Of a stretch of 64,000 bases of DNA, positions 19,339 to 31,865 are shown piece after piece. Each line of letters begins with the position of its first letter. The first letter of the stretch is position 1. The position numbers were made by a program, and so were the translations under genes. Where the stretch lies: the NCBI GenBank assembly GCA_963729605.1, contig CAVSNY010000007.1, positions 1,312,001 to 1,376,000 of the forward strand. The letters run 5' to 3'. This DNA is from an uncultured Gammaproteobacteria bacterium. GTDB lineage: Bacteria; Pseudomonadota; Gammaproteobacteria; DRLM01. Below the pieces are notes generated by a model, which did no database searches, was not told where the DNA came from, and saw only the letters and a program-made list of their open reading frames with translations.

Positions 19339-19881
19339 CTAAGACTGGGGTTTTTGCAGCGTCTTAAGCGCGGTGATGACTTCGCTGCTGTGAGTATCGG
19401 GATCCACCTTGCGATAGATTTTCGCGATATGGCCGGCCGGATCGATGATGAAGGTATGACGGCGCGCGTGGCTGAGCGGTCCCAAGGACCAGTAGGTGCC
19501 GTAGGTTTTCGAGACCGTGGCCTCCGCGTCGGAGAGCAAGGGGAAAGGCAGTCCATGTTTCTCGGCGAACGCGGCGTGGCTGGCGGCGCTGTCCAGGCTC
19601 ACGCCCAGCACCTGCGCGCCCAGGGCCTTGATGTGCATGATGTCGTCGCGGAAACCGCAGGCCTCTTTGGTGCAGCCCGGCGTGTCATTTTTGGGATAGA
19701 AGTAGAGGATGACCCACTGTCCTTGATAAGCGGACAGCTGCTGCGGCTTTCCGTTTTGATCGACCAAGGTGAAGTCGGGCGCGGGTTGGCCGATGCTGAA
19801 CTCATCGGCCTGCGCGGTGGCCAGGCCGAGCGCTGCGAATAAAGCGATCGCGACTTTCTGCAATGAAGAAGGATACGGCAT
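19339..19881 (-). CDS. bcp: Peroxiredoxin BCP/PrxQ with N-terminal signal peptide
   Basis: YFYPKNDTPGCTKEAC; hydrophobic leader ending ATAQA. Confidence 0.88.
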   Translation of the reverse strand: MPYPSSLQKVAIALFAALGLATAQADEFSIGQPAPDFTLVDQNGKPQQLSAYQGQWVILYFYPKNDTPGCTKEACGFRDDIMHIKALGAQVLGVSLDSAASHAAFAEKHGLPFPLLSDAEATVSKTYGTYWSLGPLSHARRHTFIIDPAGHIAKIYRKVDPDTHSSEVITALKTLQKPQS

Positions 19882-20191
19882 GGGGTGCTCCCGGTTGACG
19901 TGTATCAGGTACCGCCCGGCCTCTGGATGACACATAGTAAACAAAATCACAAAAAGAATACATCGTATTAGTCAATGGCGATGTGTCCGGCGCGGTCTTG
20001 TTATCAAAGTCGGTCATTTATGAGGCCATGCTCTTTAGCTTATTCCCGTTCCATGCAGGGGGATGGTCTTCGATGGGTGCGGAGCGCCCTGGAACGGGAA
20101 AGCTGGGGAGTAGATCCAAGTACAAGCCTCAATAAAAATAGCATTGGTAAAGCGGTGGCTTTAATAATGACGTTCTTATTACTATAGCGCC

Positions 20192-21115
20192 ATGACCCTG
20201 ACCGAACTCCGTTATATCGTGGCCCTGGCTCGCGAGCGTCACTTTGGGCGCGCCGCCGAAGCCTGCTTCGTCAGCCAGCCCACCCTCAGTGTGGCGGTGA
20301 AAAAGCTGGAAGACGAATTGAACATCGTCTTGTTCGAACGCGGCAAAACCGAAGTGAGCGTCACGCCCATCGGCGAGGCGGTGATCGTCCAGGCCTTGCG
20401 GGTGCTCGAAGAAGCGGAGCGGGTGAAACAAGTGGCGGCGCAGGGACGCAATCAATTGGCCGGCCCGTTGCGGCTGGGGGCGATTTATACCGTCGCGCCT
20501 TATCTGCTCCCGCAATTGATCCCCGCTTTGCATAAACGCGCGCCCGCCATGCCCCTGCTGATCGAGGAAAACTATACCGGGCGGTTGCGGGAAAAACTCA
20601 AGCAAGGCGAATTGGACGCCATCATCGTCTCCCTGCCTTTCACCGAGCCGGGGATCGAGGTGCGGCCCGTGTATGAGGAACCGTTCATGGTGGTCATGCC
20701 GAGTTCGCACCGCTGGCATGGGCGCGCATCCATCGCGGTAAGCGAACTGGCGACGGAGACCTTGTTGTTATTGGGCGCCGGTCATTGTTTCCGCGATCAG
20801 GTGTTGGGCGCCTGCCCGGATTGCCGGCGCGGCGCCGGCGAGCGTTCGCTGGAAAAAAGCGTGGAAGGCACCTCGCTGGAAACCGTGCGCCATATGGTGG
20901 CCTCGGGGATGGGTATCACCGTGTTGCCTTGTACCGCCGCGGGCGCCGACAAATACTCGCAACGGCTGCTGACCTCGAAACCCTTCAAGGCGCCCGTGCC
21001 GCAACGGCAGGTGGCCTTGGCCTGGCGCGGCAGTTTTTCGCGGCCCGACGCGATCGCGGCCGTGGAGGCGGCGATGCGCGGTTGCAAACTCAGCGGCGTG
21101 ACATTCCTCAAATAG
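20192..21115 (+). CDS. oxyR: Hydrogen peroxide sensor OxyR
   Basis: LysR HTH (HFGRAAEACFVSQPTLS); redox cysteines in GHCFRDQVLGACP. Confidence 0.92.
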   Translation: MTLTELRYIVALARERHFGRAAEACFVSQPTLSVAVKKLEDELNIVLFERGKTEVSVTPIGEAVIVQALRVLEEAERVKQVAAQGRNQLAGPLRLGAIYTVAPYLLPQLIPALHKRAPAMPLLIEENYTGRLREKLKQGELDAIIVSLPFTEPGIEVRPVYEEPFMVVMPSSHRWHGRASIAVSELATETLLLLGAGHCFRDQVLGACPDCRRGAGERSLEKSVEGTSLETVRHMVASGMGITVLPCTAAGADKYSQRLLTSKPFKAPVPQRQVALAWRGSFSRPDAIAAVEAAMRGCKLSGVTFLK

Positions 21116-21148
21116 GTAAAAGCTATCTTGCGTATATCGACAATCAAT
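21112..21148 (+). promoter_or_regulatory. OxyR binding site upstream of rubrerythrin
   Basis: ATAG-N7-CTAT-N7-ATAT-N7-CAAT versus consensus ATAG-N7-CTAT-N7-ATAG-N7-CTAT; the first tetrad contains the oxyR TAG stop. Confidence 0.75.
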
Positions 21149-21230
21149 TAGCCGGACCCATACCGGCTGCCTATGATGTCTCCCAACCCGCCGGTCCGCG
21201 GCGAAATGTTAATGAGAGGAGACAGTCATC

Positions 21231-21704
21231 ATGAAAAAACCATCAGTGACGGTGCAAAACATCGAAGCCGCTTTCGCCGGCGAATCCATGGCGAATATCA
21301 AATACCGCTATTTCGCCGAGGTCTGCCGCCGTCATGGCGACGAGGAATCCGCCAGGGTGTTCGAGGACACCGCGGCGCAGGAGGTGCAGCACGCCTTCGG
21401 CCACATGGATTTGTTGTATCCCAAGGATCAACTCGATCCGGCGCGTTGCCTGGAACTGGCGATACAGGGCGAGACCTACGAATACACGGAGATGTATCCG
21501 GGCTTTCGCCACCTGGCCGAGCAGGAGCGCAACGACGCGGCGGTCAAGGAATTCGACGAGCAGATCGCCGAATCGAAGGAACACGCCGAACGGTTTCAAA
21601 ATACCTTGGAAAAGGCCGCCAAACGCTTCGCGGCCCTGACCGGCGTCGAAAAGCGTCACGCCGAACGTTATGCGGCCAATTTGCAACGCGTCAAGCGGGC
21701 TTGA
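21231..21704 (+). CDS. rbr: Rubrerythrin (di-iron domain only)
   Basis: AFAGES.A..KY..FA, EVQHA, ETYEYTEMYP, E.KEHA; no C-terminal CxxC pairs. Confidence 0.88.
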   Translation: MKKPSVTVQNIEAAFAGESMANIKYRYFAEVCRRHGDEESARVFEDTAAQEVQHAFGHMDLLYPKDQLDPARCLELAIQGETYEYTEMYPGFRHLAEQERNDAAVKEFDEQIAESKEHAERFQNTLEKAAKRFAALTGVEKRHAERYAANLQRVKRA

Positions 21705-21748
21705 ACGGCTCGACTCGAAAATAGCTCAACCAACGCTGGAGTGTGATC

Positions 21749-21919
21749 ATGAAAAAGTGGGAATGTGTAGTGTGCGGTTTTGTGTATGATGAAGCGGTCG
21801 GCATGCCTAAGGAAGGCATCGCCGCCGGCACGCGCTGGGCGGACATCCCCGACCATTGGGAATGCCCCGATTGCGGTGTCGCGAAGTCCGACTTCGAAAT
21901 GGTGGAAATCGCCGCGTAG
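21749..21919 (+). CDS. rubA: Rubredoxin (56 aa, absent from the ORF track)
   Basis: Hand translation [56 protein letters not shown]; GGAG upstream. Confidence 0.93.
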   Translation: MKKWECVVCGFVYDEAVGMPKEGIAAGTRWADIPDHWECPDCGVAKSDFEMVEIAA

Positions 21920-21941
21920 AATATCCGCACGGCGAAGGGCG

Positions 21942-21971
21942 AGGGCGGCCGCGTGCCGCCCTTCGATTTTT
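21942..21971 (+). terminator. Terminator-like hairpin between rubredoxin and reductase
   Basis: AGGGCGGC-CGCGT-GCCGCCCT followed by TCGATTTTT. Confidence 0.4.
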
Positions 21972-21999
21972 GATAACCGAATTCAGCAGGGTGCGAGGC

Positions 22000-23148
22000 A
22001 TGGAGAACGTAGTCATCATCGGTAGCGGCCTGGCGGGTTACACGCTGGCCAAGGAATTGCGCAAATTGGCGCCGGCGCTGCCGATCCGCATCTTGACGCT
22101 CGATGACGGCGCCTCTTATTCCAAACCGATGTTGTCCAACGCCTTGGCCAAGGGCAAGACCGCGCAAAGCTTGGCGATGGCCAGCGCGGAAGACATGGAG
22201 GCGCAGTTAAATCTCACCATAACCACCCACACCGCGGTCACCGCCATCGATACCCGGGCCCACACGCTGGCGACCGCCATGGAAGAGATTCCCTATGGCA
22301 AACTGGTGTTGTGCGTCGGCGCGGAGCCGATCCGTCCGCCCTTGGCGGGCGACGCCGCCGACCGCGTGTTGTCGGTGAATAATCTGGCGGACTACGCGGT
22401 GTTTCGCGATGCCTTGGAAAGCGCGCAGCGGGTGGCCATCATCGGGCCGGGATTGATCGGCTGCGAATTCGCCAACGATCTGCTCGGCGCGGGTAAACAG
22501 GTGGCGGTGATCGGGCCGGGCGCCGCGCCCCTCGATCGCTTATTGCCCACCGAGGCCGGCGCCGCCTTGCAAAACGCCTTGGCCCGGCAGGGCGTGACCT
22601 GGCATTTGGGCGCGACCGCGCTGCGGGTCGATCGCCAGGATGAGACGTATCGAATCACGCTGTCCGACGGCGCCACGCTGCACGCCGATTGCGTGTTGTC
22701 GGCGGTGGGCCTGCGGCCCAATCTCCAACTCGCCAAACTCGCCGGTTTGCAAACCGCCCGCGGCATCGTGGTCGATCGCCATCTGCAAACCAGCGCGCCC
22801 GATGTCTACGCCCTCGGCGATTGCGCCGAAGTGGAAGGCCTGGTGTTGCCGTTCGTGATGCCGATCATGCATGCCGCGCGCGCCTTGGCGCCGACCTTGG
22901 CGGGCACACCCACCGCCGTGAATTATCCCGCCATGCCGGTGGTGGTGAAGACCCCGGCCTGTCCGGTGGTGGTGTCGCCGCCGGCGGCGGACGCGGCAGG
23001 CGAGTGGCGCATCGAGCAGGTGGATGACGCTGGCGTGCGCGCCTTGTACCGCGGCGGCGACGGACGCCTGCTGGGCTTCGCCTTGACCGGCGCGGCGGCC
23101 GCCGAGCGTCAAACCTGGAGCAAGGAACTGCCGCCGGTACTGGGATGA
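22000..23148 (+). CDS. rubB: Rubredoxin-NAD(+) reductase
   Basis: VVIIGSGLAG, YSKPMLSN, GPGLIGCEFANDL, ALGDCAE, YPAMPVVVKTP; ATG at 22000 with GAGG RBS. Confidence 0.88.
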   Translation: MENVVIIGSGLAGYTLAKELRKLAPALPIRILTLDDGASYSKPMLSNALAKGKTAQSLAMASAEDMEAQLNLTITTHTAVTAIDTRAHTLATAMEEIPYGKLVLCVGAEPIRPPLAGDAADRVLSVNNLADYAVFRDALESAQRVAIIGPGLIGCEFANDLLGAGKQVAVIGPGAAPLDRLLPTEAGAALQNALARQGVTWHLGATALRVDRQDETYRITLSDGATLHADCVLSAVGLRPNLQLAKLAGLQTARGIVVDRHLQTSAPDVYALGDCAEVEGLVLPFVMPIMHAARALAPTLAGTPTAVNYPAMPVVVKTPACPVVVSPPAADAAGEWRIEQVDDAGVRALYRGGDGRLLGFALTGAAAAERQTWSKELPPVLG

Positions 23149-23166
23149 TTCAGTACGGCGGTCATC

Positions 23167-25965
<2,799 letters not shown>

Positions 25966-26049
25966 TACGTCTCTCTCAAAATACAAAAGAATCAGAACTA
26001 TAAATTTTGCGGGATGCGGCTCCGATAATCGCCGCGAGGCTGGGCCTTG

Positions 26050-26898
26050 TCAACGATTCTCGTTGCGCGAGATGCGCGCCAGCAGCCAGTCGAGGGCGGC
26101 GTAGGGTAGCACACGGCGGGCGGCGGCAAACAGATAGGTGGGCACGGTGACCGGATAACGCCGCCGCGGTCGCGCACTCTCCAAGGCGTGGATCACCCGT
26201 TTCAACACCGCCTCGGGCGGCAGGGTGAACGGCGCGGCGGGGCCGGCCTTTTCCAGCCTTTTGAGCACGCCCCGGTAGTGATCGCGATGGGCGCTGTGGT
26301 CGATGTCGATGGTGCGCCGGAAACCGGCCAGGGAATTGGCGCGGAAACGGCTCTTGATCGGACCGGGCTCGATGAGCGCGACGTGGATGCCGCTGGCCGC
26401 CAGCTCCAGGCGCAAGGTATCGACCAGACCTTCGAGGGCGAACTTGCTGGCGTTGTACGCACCCCGATAGGGCATGGCCACCAGGCCGAGCAGCGAGCTG
26501 TTGTAAATCAGCCGGCCGTGGCCTTGGGCGCGCATCACGGGGATGACGCGGTTGGTGAGCTCCTGGGTGCCGAACAGATTGGTCTCGAATTGCGCGCGCA
26601 AGACCGCGCGGCTCAAATCCTCCACCGCGCCGGCCTGGCCGTAGGCGGCGTTGTTGAACAGCGCGTCCAATGTGCCGCCGGTGTGGCGCAATACTTCGTC
26701 CACCGCCTGGTGTATGGAAGCGGAGTCGTCGAGATCGAGGTGCAGCGTCTCCAGCCCTTGCTCTTGCAGACGGGCCACGTCCTCCGATTTCCGGGCGCTG
26801 GCGAAGACCCGGTAACCGCGTTGCCGCAGGCCGAGCGCCATGCACAGGCCGATGCCGCTGGAGCAGCCGGTGATCAGTATGGATTTTGAATTCATCAT
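26050..26898 (-). CDS. Short-chain dehydrogenase/reductase (YbbO-like)
   Basis: TGCSSGIG, NNAAYG, YNASK. Confidence 0.9.
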   Translation of the reverse strand: MMNSKSILITGCSSGIGLCMALGLRQRGYRVFASARKSEDVARLQEQGLETLHLDLDDSASIHQAVDEVLRHTGGTLDALFNNAAYGQAGAVEDLSRAVLRAQFETNLFGTQELTNRVIPVMRAQGHGRLIYNSSLLGLVAMPYRGAYNASKFALEGLVDTLRLELAASGIHVALIEPGPIKSRFRANSLAGFRRTIDIDHSAHRDHYRGVLKRLEKAGPAAPFTLPPEAVLKRVIHALESARPRRRYPVTVPTYLFAAARRVLPYAALDWLLARISRNENR

Positions 26899-26944
26899 GG
26901 TGCTTATTGGAAGGCAGTCGTGATTCTACGCGCCGCCGCTGAAC

Positions 26945-27062
26945 CTGTTCAATCCGATCGTGTATTTCAGCGGCTTCCGCTGGACCTGCTACGGCACCGC
27001 GGCGGTCGCCATCGACATCAGCCTCGCGATGACGCTGGGCTTCGTCGTCGCGTGCGTGGCAG
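26945..27062 (+). pseudogene. Remnant of ABC-2 permease (YadH-like) C-terminus
   Basis: LFNPIVYFSGFRWTCYGTAAVAIDISLAMTLGFVVACV resembles the NPxxYxxxGFR motif of ABC-2 permeases; no start or N-terminal part. Confidence 0.5.
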
Positions 27063-27102
27063 GCCGCGCCGTCCGGGCGGCGCCCCCGCAGTACACGCAT
27101 CG

Positions 27103-30100
27103 CTACGCCGCCGGCCGCGCCCCCGCCGCGGCCGGCGGCGGACGGCGCCAATTGAGCACCATCAACGTGAGCGCCGGCAGGAAGGTCAGCGTGACGATGC
27201 TCGCGCCCAGCAGGCCGAACAACACGATCGCGCCGAGGCCGCGATAGAGCTCGGTGCCCGCGCCAGGGATGAACACCAGCGGCGACAGGCCGACGATGGT
27301 GGTGAGCGTCGACATCGCGATGGGCCGCAGCCGCGTTTCCACCGCCTCGCGCACCGCCTCGCGCGCGGCCATGCCGGCCTCGCGCACGTTGCTCATCGCA
27401 CGGTCGACGATCAGGATCGGGTTGTTGACCACCGCGCCCATCAGGATCAGAAAGCCCAGCATGGTGATCATGTCGAAGGACTGATGGATCGGATTGAGCC
27501 CCACCGCCGGCAGCAGCCCGCCCACCCAGTTCATCAGGTACAGGCCGAAGATGCCGCCGGCGACGCCGAGCGGCACCGCGGTCATGATCAGCAGCGGATA
27601 ACCCCAATGGCGGAAGATCGCCACCATCACGAGATAGATGATCACGGCCGCGACCAGGAAGTTGGCGCCCAGCGCGGCGCGCGTCGCGTCGAGCTGATCG
27701 CTCGCGCCCGAGATGTCGAGCGTGACGTCGGCCGGAATCGCGCCCTGTTCGCGCAGATGCCCCACCACCTCGTCGCGCACCACCTGCACGCCGGTCTCGA
27801 GCGCGACCTCGCGCGGCGGGATGATGTTGAGCGTCACCGTGCGCCGGCCGTTGATGCGGCGCACGTTACTGGTGTCGACGGTCTCGACGATCTCCGCGAG
27901 CGCCGCCAGCGGCACCACCGCGCCCTGCGGCGTGTGGATCAGCAGGTGGCCGATGTCGTCGATGCTCGCGTCCTGTCCGGCCGCGCTGTAGAGATAGATG
28001 TCGATCTTGTCGTCGTCCATGAAGAACTCGTCGACGAAGGCGCCGTCGGTGAACGCCGCGACCGTGAAGCCGAGCGCCTGCGCGCTCATGCCGAGTTCGC
28101 GCGCGCGCGCCCAGTCCGGGCGCACCTCGATCATGGGCTGCGACAGCGACAGCGTCGCCGGGTCGGCCTGGATGCGCGGACCGTCGAACACCTCTTCGGC
28201 GCGCCGCAGCGCGGCGAGCGCCGTGTCGTAGATCGAGGCGAGGTCCCGGCCCGAGATGTCGAGGTTGACGCTGCGCGTGCCGCCGTCGTTGCTGCTGATG
28301 ATGGAGCCGCGCGACGCGAACGCGCGCATGCCGGGATACTCGCGGTATTTCTCGGTCAGGGCGTCCATGAGGGCGTGGATGTGATCGGGATTCTTGGTCT
28401 CGGCGATGATGAAGATCCGCTGCGGCTCGACCAGCATGATCAGGAAGGCCAGCGCCGGCACCGCCGCCTCGCCGCGCGCGTAGCGCTCGGGCTCGTCGTC
28501 GAGGAACGGCACGAAATGCGCGTGCAGTTCGTCGGCGATGGCCGACATGGTCTGGATGTTGTAGCCGGGCGGCGCGTTCATCGCGGCGAAGGCCTTGGCC
28601 TCTTCGCCCTCCGGCAGATATTCGGCGGGCGGCGTGAGGCCGACGATGATCGCCGCGCTCGCGAGCACCGTGCCGGCGAGCGTGGCGATGCGGCGTGCGC
28701 GGGTATCGATCAGCCGGTCCACCATGGCCAAGGTCCACGCCCGCATGCGCGAGGGCGCGGGCGGCCGGTTCTCGGCGCCGAAGCCGAGCCGCGCGCTCGC
28801 GGTCGGCACCACGGTGATCGCGACGAGCATCGACGCGATGATCGCCGCCGAGATCGCGATCGCGACGTCGGAGTAGAGCTGGCCGGCCTCTTCCTCGATG
28901 AACACCAGCGGGATGAACACCAGCACCGTGGTCAGCGTCGACGCCAGCACCGCCGGCCACACCCGCCGCACGCCGTTCACCGCGGCGTCGAACAGGCCGC
29001 GGCCGCGGCGGCGTTCCTGCTCGATGCTCTCGAGCACGACGATGGTGTTGTCGAGCGTCATGCCGATCGCGAAGGCGACGCCGGCCAGCGAAATGACGTT
29101 GATGGTGCGGCCGAGCGCGAGCAGGCCGAGGAAGGCCGCGATCGTGCAGACCGGGATGCCGATGACGCCGATCAGCGTCGCGCGCCCCGAGCGCAGGAAC
29201 AGATACATCACCAGCGTCGCGAGCACCGCGCCCAGCGCAAGATTGGTCCAGACGTTCGCGAGCGAGTCCTCGACGTAACGCACGTCGTCGCTGGTGAGCG
29301 CGAGGTTCATGCCGGCGGGCTCGAGCACCTCGCGGTTGATGGCCTCGACCTCGGCCATCATGGCGTCCTTGATGTCGATGACGTTGGAGCCGGCCAGGCG
29401 CCGCACCGAGAGCCGGATCACGGGCGCGCCGTCGACATAGGATTTACTGGAGATCTCGAACTGGCCGAGGCCGATCTCGGCGACCTCGCCGAGGCGCGTC
29501 ACGGCGTCGCCGCGGCGCACGAGGATCAACTCCTCGAGCGCGGCGATGTCTTCGAAGCGGCCGATGGTGCGCAGCAGATAACGCCGCTTGCCCGATTCGA
29601 GTTCGCCGCCGGAGACGTCGCGGTTGCGCTCGACGATGGCCTGGCGCACGTCGCTCACGCCGAGCTCGCGCTCGGCGAGCCGCACGGGATCGATACGGAT
29701 CTGGATCTGGCGCTCGGCGCCGCCGCGCACGTCCACCTGCGACACGCCCTGGATGCGTTCCATGCGCGGCCGCACGTTGTCGTCGATGAAGTCGCGCATC
29801 ATGTCCATGTGGAGGCCGCGCGGATTGCCGGGCAGCGGCGCGACGCGGAAATGCATGAAGGCGTTCTGCGAGAACGAGGTCGCGAACACGCGCGGCTGAT
29901 CGACGTTGAGCGGGTACGACGGCACCTGGCTCAAGGCGTTGTTGATCTGGATCAAGGCCTCGTTCATGTCGACGCCGTACGGAAACTCGAGCTCGATCTC
30001 GGCCGAGCCGCTCTGCGCGCGCGCGACCATGCGTTGCAGGCTCGGCAGATTGCGCAGGTATTGTTCCTGTTCGATCAGGATCTCCTGCTCGATGTCCTGC

Positions 30101-30261
30101 GGCGTCGCGCCGGGCCAGGTCGTGACCACGGTCACCGTGCGCACCTCGAGATCGGGGATCATCTGCACGGGGATGCGCAGGGCCGCGGCGATGCCGAGCA
30201 CGCAGATGATCAGCACCGCGACCGTGGTCAGGATGCCGTGGCGGATCAGGCCTTCGAACAT
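27103..30261 (-). CDS. RND efflux permease (AcrB/AcrD/AcrF family)
   Basis: 1052 aa with the two-repeat RND topology; GMTLDNTIVVLE, RLRPIAMSTLTT. Confidence 0.92.
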   Translation of the reverse strand: MFEGLIRHGILTTVAVLIICVLGIAAALRIPVQMIPDLEVRTVTVVTTWPGATPQDIEQEILIEQEQYLRNLPSLQRMVARAQSGSAEIELEFPYGVDMNEALIQINNALSQVPSYPLNVDQPRVFATSFSQNAFMHFRVAPLPGNPRGLHMDMMRDFIDDNVRPRMERIQGVSQVDVRGGAERQIQIRIDPVRLAERELGVSDVRQAIVERNRDVSGGELESGKRRYLLRTIGRFEDIAALEELILVRRGDAVTRLGEVAEIGLGQFEISSKSYVDGAPVIRLSVRRLAGSNVIDIKDAMMAEVEAINREVLEPAGMNLALTSDDVRYVEDSLANVWTNLALGAVLATLVMYLFLRSGRATLIGVIGIPVCTIAAFLGLLALGRTINVISLAGVAFAIGMTLDNTIVVLESIEQERRRGRGLFDAAVNGVRRVWPAVLASTLTTVLVFIPLVFIEEEAGQLYSDVAIAISAAIIASMLVAITVVPTASARLGFGAENRPPAPSRMRAWTLAMVDRLIDTRARRIATLAGTVLASAAIIVGLTPPAEYLPEGEEAKAFAAMNAPPGYNIQTMSAIADELHAHFVPFLDDEPERYARGEAAVPALAFLIMLVEPQRIFIIAETKNPDHIHALMDALTEKYREYPGMRAFASRGSIISSNDGGTRSVNLDISGRDLASIYDTALAALRRAEEVFDGPRIQADPATLSLSQPMIEVRPDWARARELGMSAQALGFTVAAFTDGAFVDEFFMDDDKIDIYLYSAAGQDASIDDIGHLLIHTPQGAVVPLAALAEIVETVDTSNVRRINGRRTVTLNIIPPREVALETGVQVVRDEVVGHLREQGAIPADVTLDISGASDQLDATRAALGANFLVAAVIIYLVMVAIFRHWGYPLLIMTAVPLGVAGGIFGLYLMNWVGGLLPAVGLNPIHQSFDMITMLGFLILMGAVVNNPILIVDRAMSNVREAGMAAREAVREAVETRLRPIAMSTLTTIVGLSPLVFIPGAGTELYRGLGAIVLFGLLGASIVTLTFLPALTLMVLNWRRPPPAAAGARPAA

Positions 30262-30310
30262 CGTGCCGTCGATGCGGGTGAGTGCGCGAACGCCGCGGCG
30301 CGCGCCGGGT

Positions 30311-31393
30311 TCACGGCCGCTGCTCCAGGCGCACGCGCTGGCCGGGCCGCAGCACCTCGTTGCCCTTCACGACCACGCGCGCGCCGGCGTCGAGCCCGGA
30401 ACGGATCTCGATGCGGCCGTCGAAGGCGAGCCCGGTCCGCACCTGACGCTCGCTGACCGCGGGCGCGCCGTCCTTATCCTCCACCACCCAGACCGTGACG
30501 CGGCCGTCGGGATAGCGGATCAGCGCATCGCGCGACACCACCACCGCGCGCCGGCCCGTCTCGAGCTCGAGACGGGCCTCCGCCGACATGCCCGGCGTCA
30601 TCGGCACGCCGCCGTCGGCGAGGCGCACGTGCAGCGTGAAGGTGCGCGCGGCCGGGTCGCTGACGGGCACGACCGCCGTGACGCGGCCGTCGTAGCGCCG
30701 TTCGGGGAGCGCATCGATCTGCACCGACACGGGCGTGCCTTTGGCGATGCGCGGGAAATAGGCCTGCGGCGCCTGAAAATCGAGGCGCAGGCCGTCGAGG
30801 GCGACGAGCTCCACCACCGGCGTGCCGGGCTCGATCCATTCGCCGGCCTCGGTGAGCTTGCGGCTCACCACCCCCGCGAACGGCGCCGGCAGGCGGTGGC
30901 GCTCGACGAGTTCGGCCTGGTGCTGCCGTTCGGCCTCCAGCCGCGCCGCGGCCGCGGTCGCGACGCGCACCTCGGCCTCGCGCGACAAGAGCTCGGTCTG
31001 CGCGATGCTGTGGCCGCCTTCGAGGCGCTTGACCTCGTCGAAGCGGCGGCGCGCATCGGCCAGCCGTTCGGCGGTCTCGCGCGCGGCGGCCTCGCTGCGG
31101 CGCAGCTCGAATTCCGCGAGCGTGTCATCCAGCTCCAGCAGCGGCGCGCCCTTGGCGACGCGGTCGCCGGCATCGACGCCGATGGTCTCCACCAGGCCCG
31201 CGATCGCGGCCGACACCTGCGCGACCCGCGGCGCGACCACGGTGCCGCTGAGCCGCACGGGATCGATGATGGCCGCGGTCCCGGCGGTCTCGGCCGCGAC
31301 GAGGGTGGCCGTATCGGGATCCGCCGCCCACGCCGTCACCGACATCCCGAGCGCGAACGCCGTACCGATCGCAGATAGTCTCTTTGCCATCAT
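30311..31393 (-). CDS. RND periplasmic adaptor (MFP)
   Basis: V..GDRVAKGAPLLELD, APFAGVV, PGMSAEARL; adjacent to the permease. Confidence 0.9.
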   Translation of the reverse strand: MMAKRLSAIGTAFALGMSVTAWAADPDTATLVAAETAGTAAIIDPVRLSGTVVAPRVAQVSAAIAGLVETIGVDAGDRVAKGAPLLELDDTLAEFELRRSEAAARETAERLADARRRFDEVKRLEGGHSIAQTELLSREAEVRVATAAAARLEAERQHQAELVERHRLPAPFAGVVSRKLTEAGEWIEPGTPVVELVALDGLRLDFQAPQAYFPRIAKGTPVSVQIDALPERRYDGRVTAVVPVSDPAARTFTLHVRLADGGVPMTPGMSAEARLELETGRRAVVVSRDALIRYPDGRVTVWVVEDKDGAPAVSERQVRTGLAFDGRIEIRSGLDAGARVVVKGNEVLRPGQRVRLEQRP

Positions 31394-31677
31394 GAGCTGT
31401 AGCACGCCCGCTTGCGGAATATAAACATGCTTGTCGAGACGACAAACGTGAGGCCGAGGATTAAGGGTAGCGATTCCCGCCATGGGTCACAACCACACGG
31501 TAATCAATGATTAGGTCGCGGGCGCGATGGTAGGCGGACATATCCAGTCAATCCGCGTTAATTCACCGATTGAATGACATGCGAGATGCGTTCAATTCCG
31601 CCACGGTTCACTGAAGATCGATGACGCCAGGCGTCGCGGTACAACCGACAACATTCACATTCCAAGGAGCGCTCACC

Positions 31678-31806
31678 ATGCCCGCAGTGAAACAAGCAGC
31701 CCATGCCAAAGGCGATTTTTTCGTCGATTACGAAGAAAAGTTATTCGAGGACATCGAGGCCGAACCCGGTGAAAAGGCCTTGGTGACTTTTCACACCGTG
31801 GCCTTC
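31678..31806 (+). pseudogene. 5' fragment of MSMEG_0572/Sll0783 (NitB-like, DsrE-fold) gene
   Basis: [43 protein letters not shown] with AAGGAG RBS; similarity stops abruptly at a repeat-like element. Confidence 0.7.
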
Positions 31807-31865
31807 CCTCACCCTGACGGCTGCGCCCCCTCGCCGCGCGCTCCCCTCTCGCGGGAGGGGGAGTC
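31806..31865. repeat. REP-like element (CCCTCACCC...CTCCCCTCTC GCG GGAGGGGGAG)
   Basis: Imperfect C-rich/G-rich inverted repeat; similar elements at about 32920-32955 and 37890-38035. Confidence 0.5.

Noticed and set aside
21856-21999. Long N-terminal extensions in the ORF track (reductase; likewise bfr 15343, pirin 33087, jetB 49315)
   Set aside because: They overlap real neighbouring genes or promoters; family similarity starts at downstream ATGs.
26920-30456. 1178-aa plus-strand ORF (also 23212..25230, 29906..31378 and 40736..43171)
   Set aside because: Antisense shadows of high-GC genes (RND, acnA, TonB receptor); Arg/Ala/Gly-rich with no motifs.
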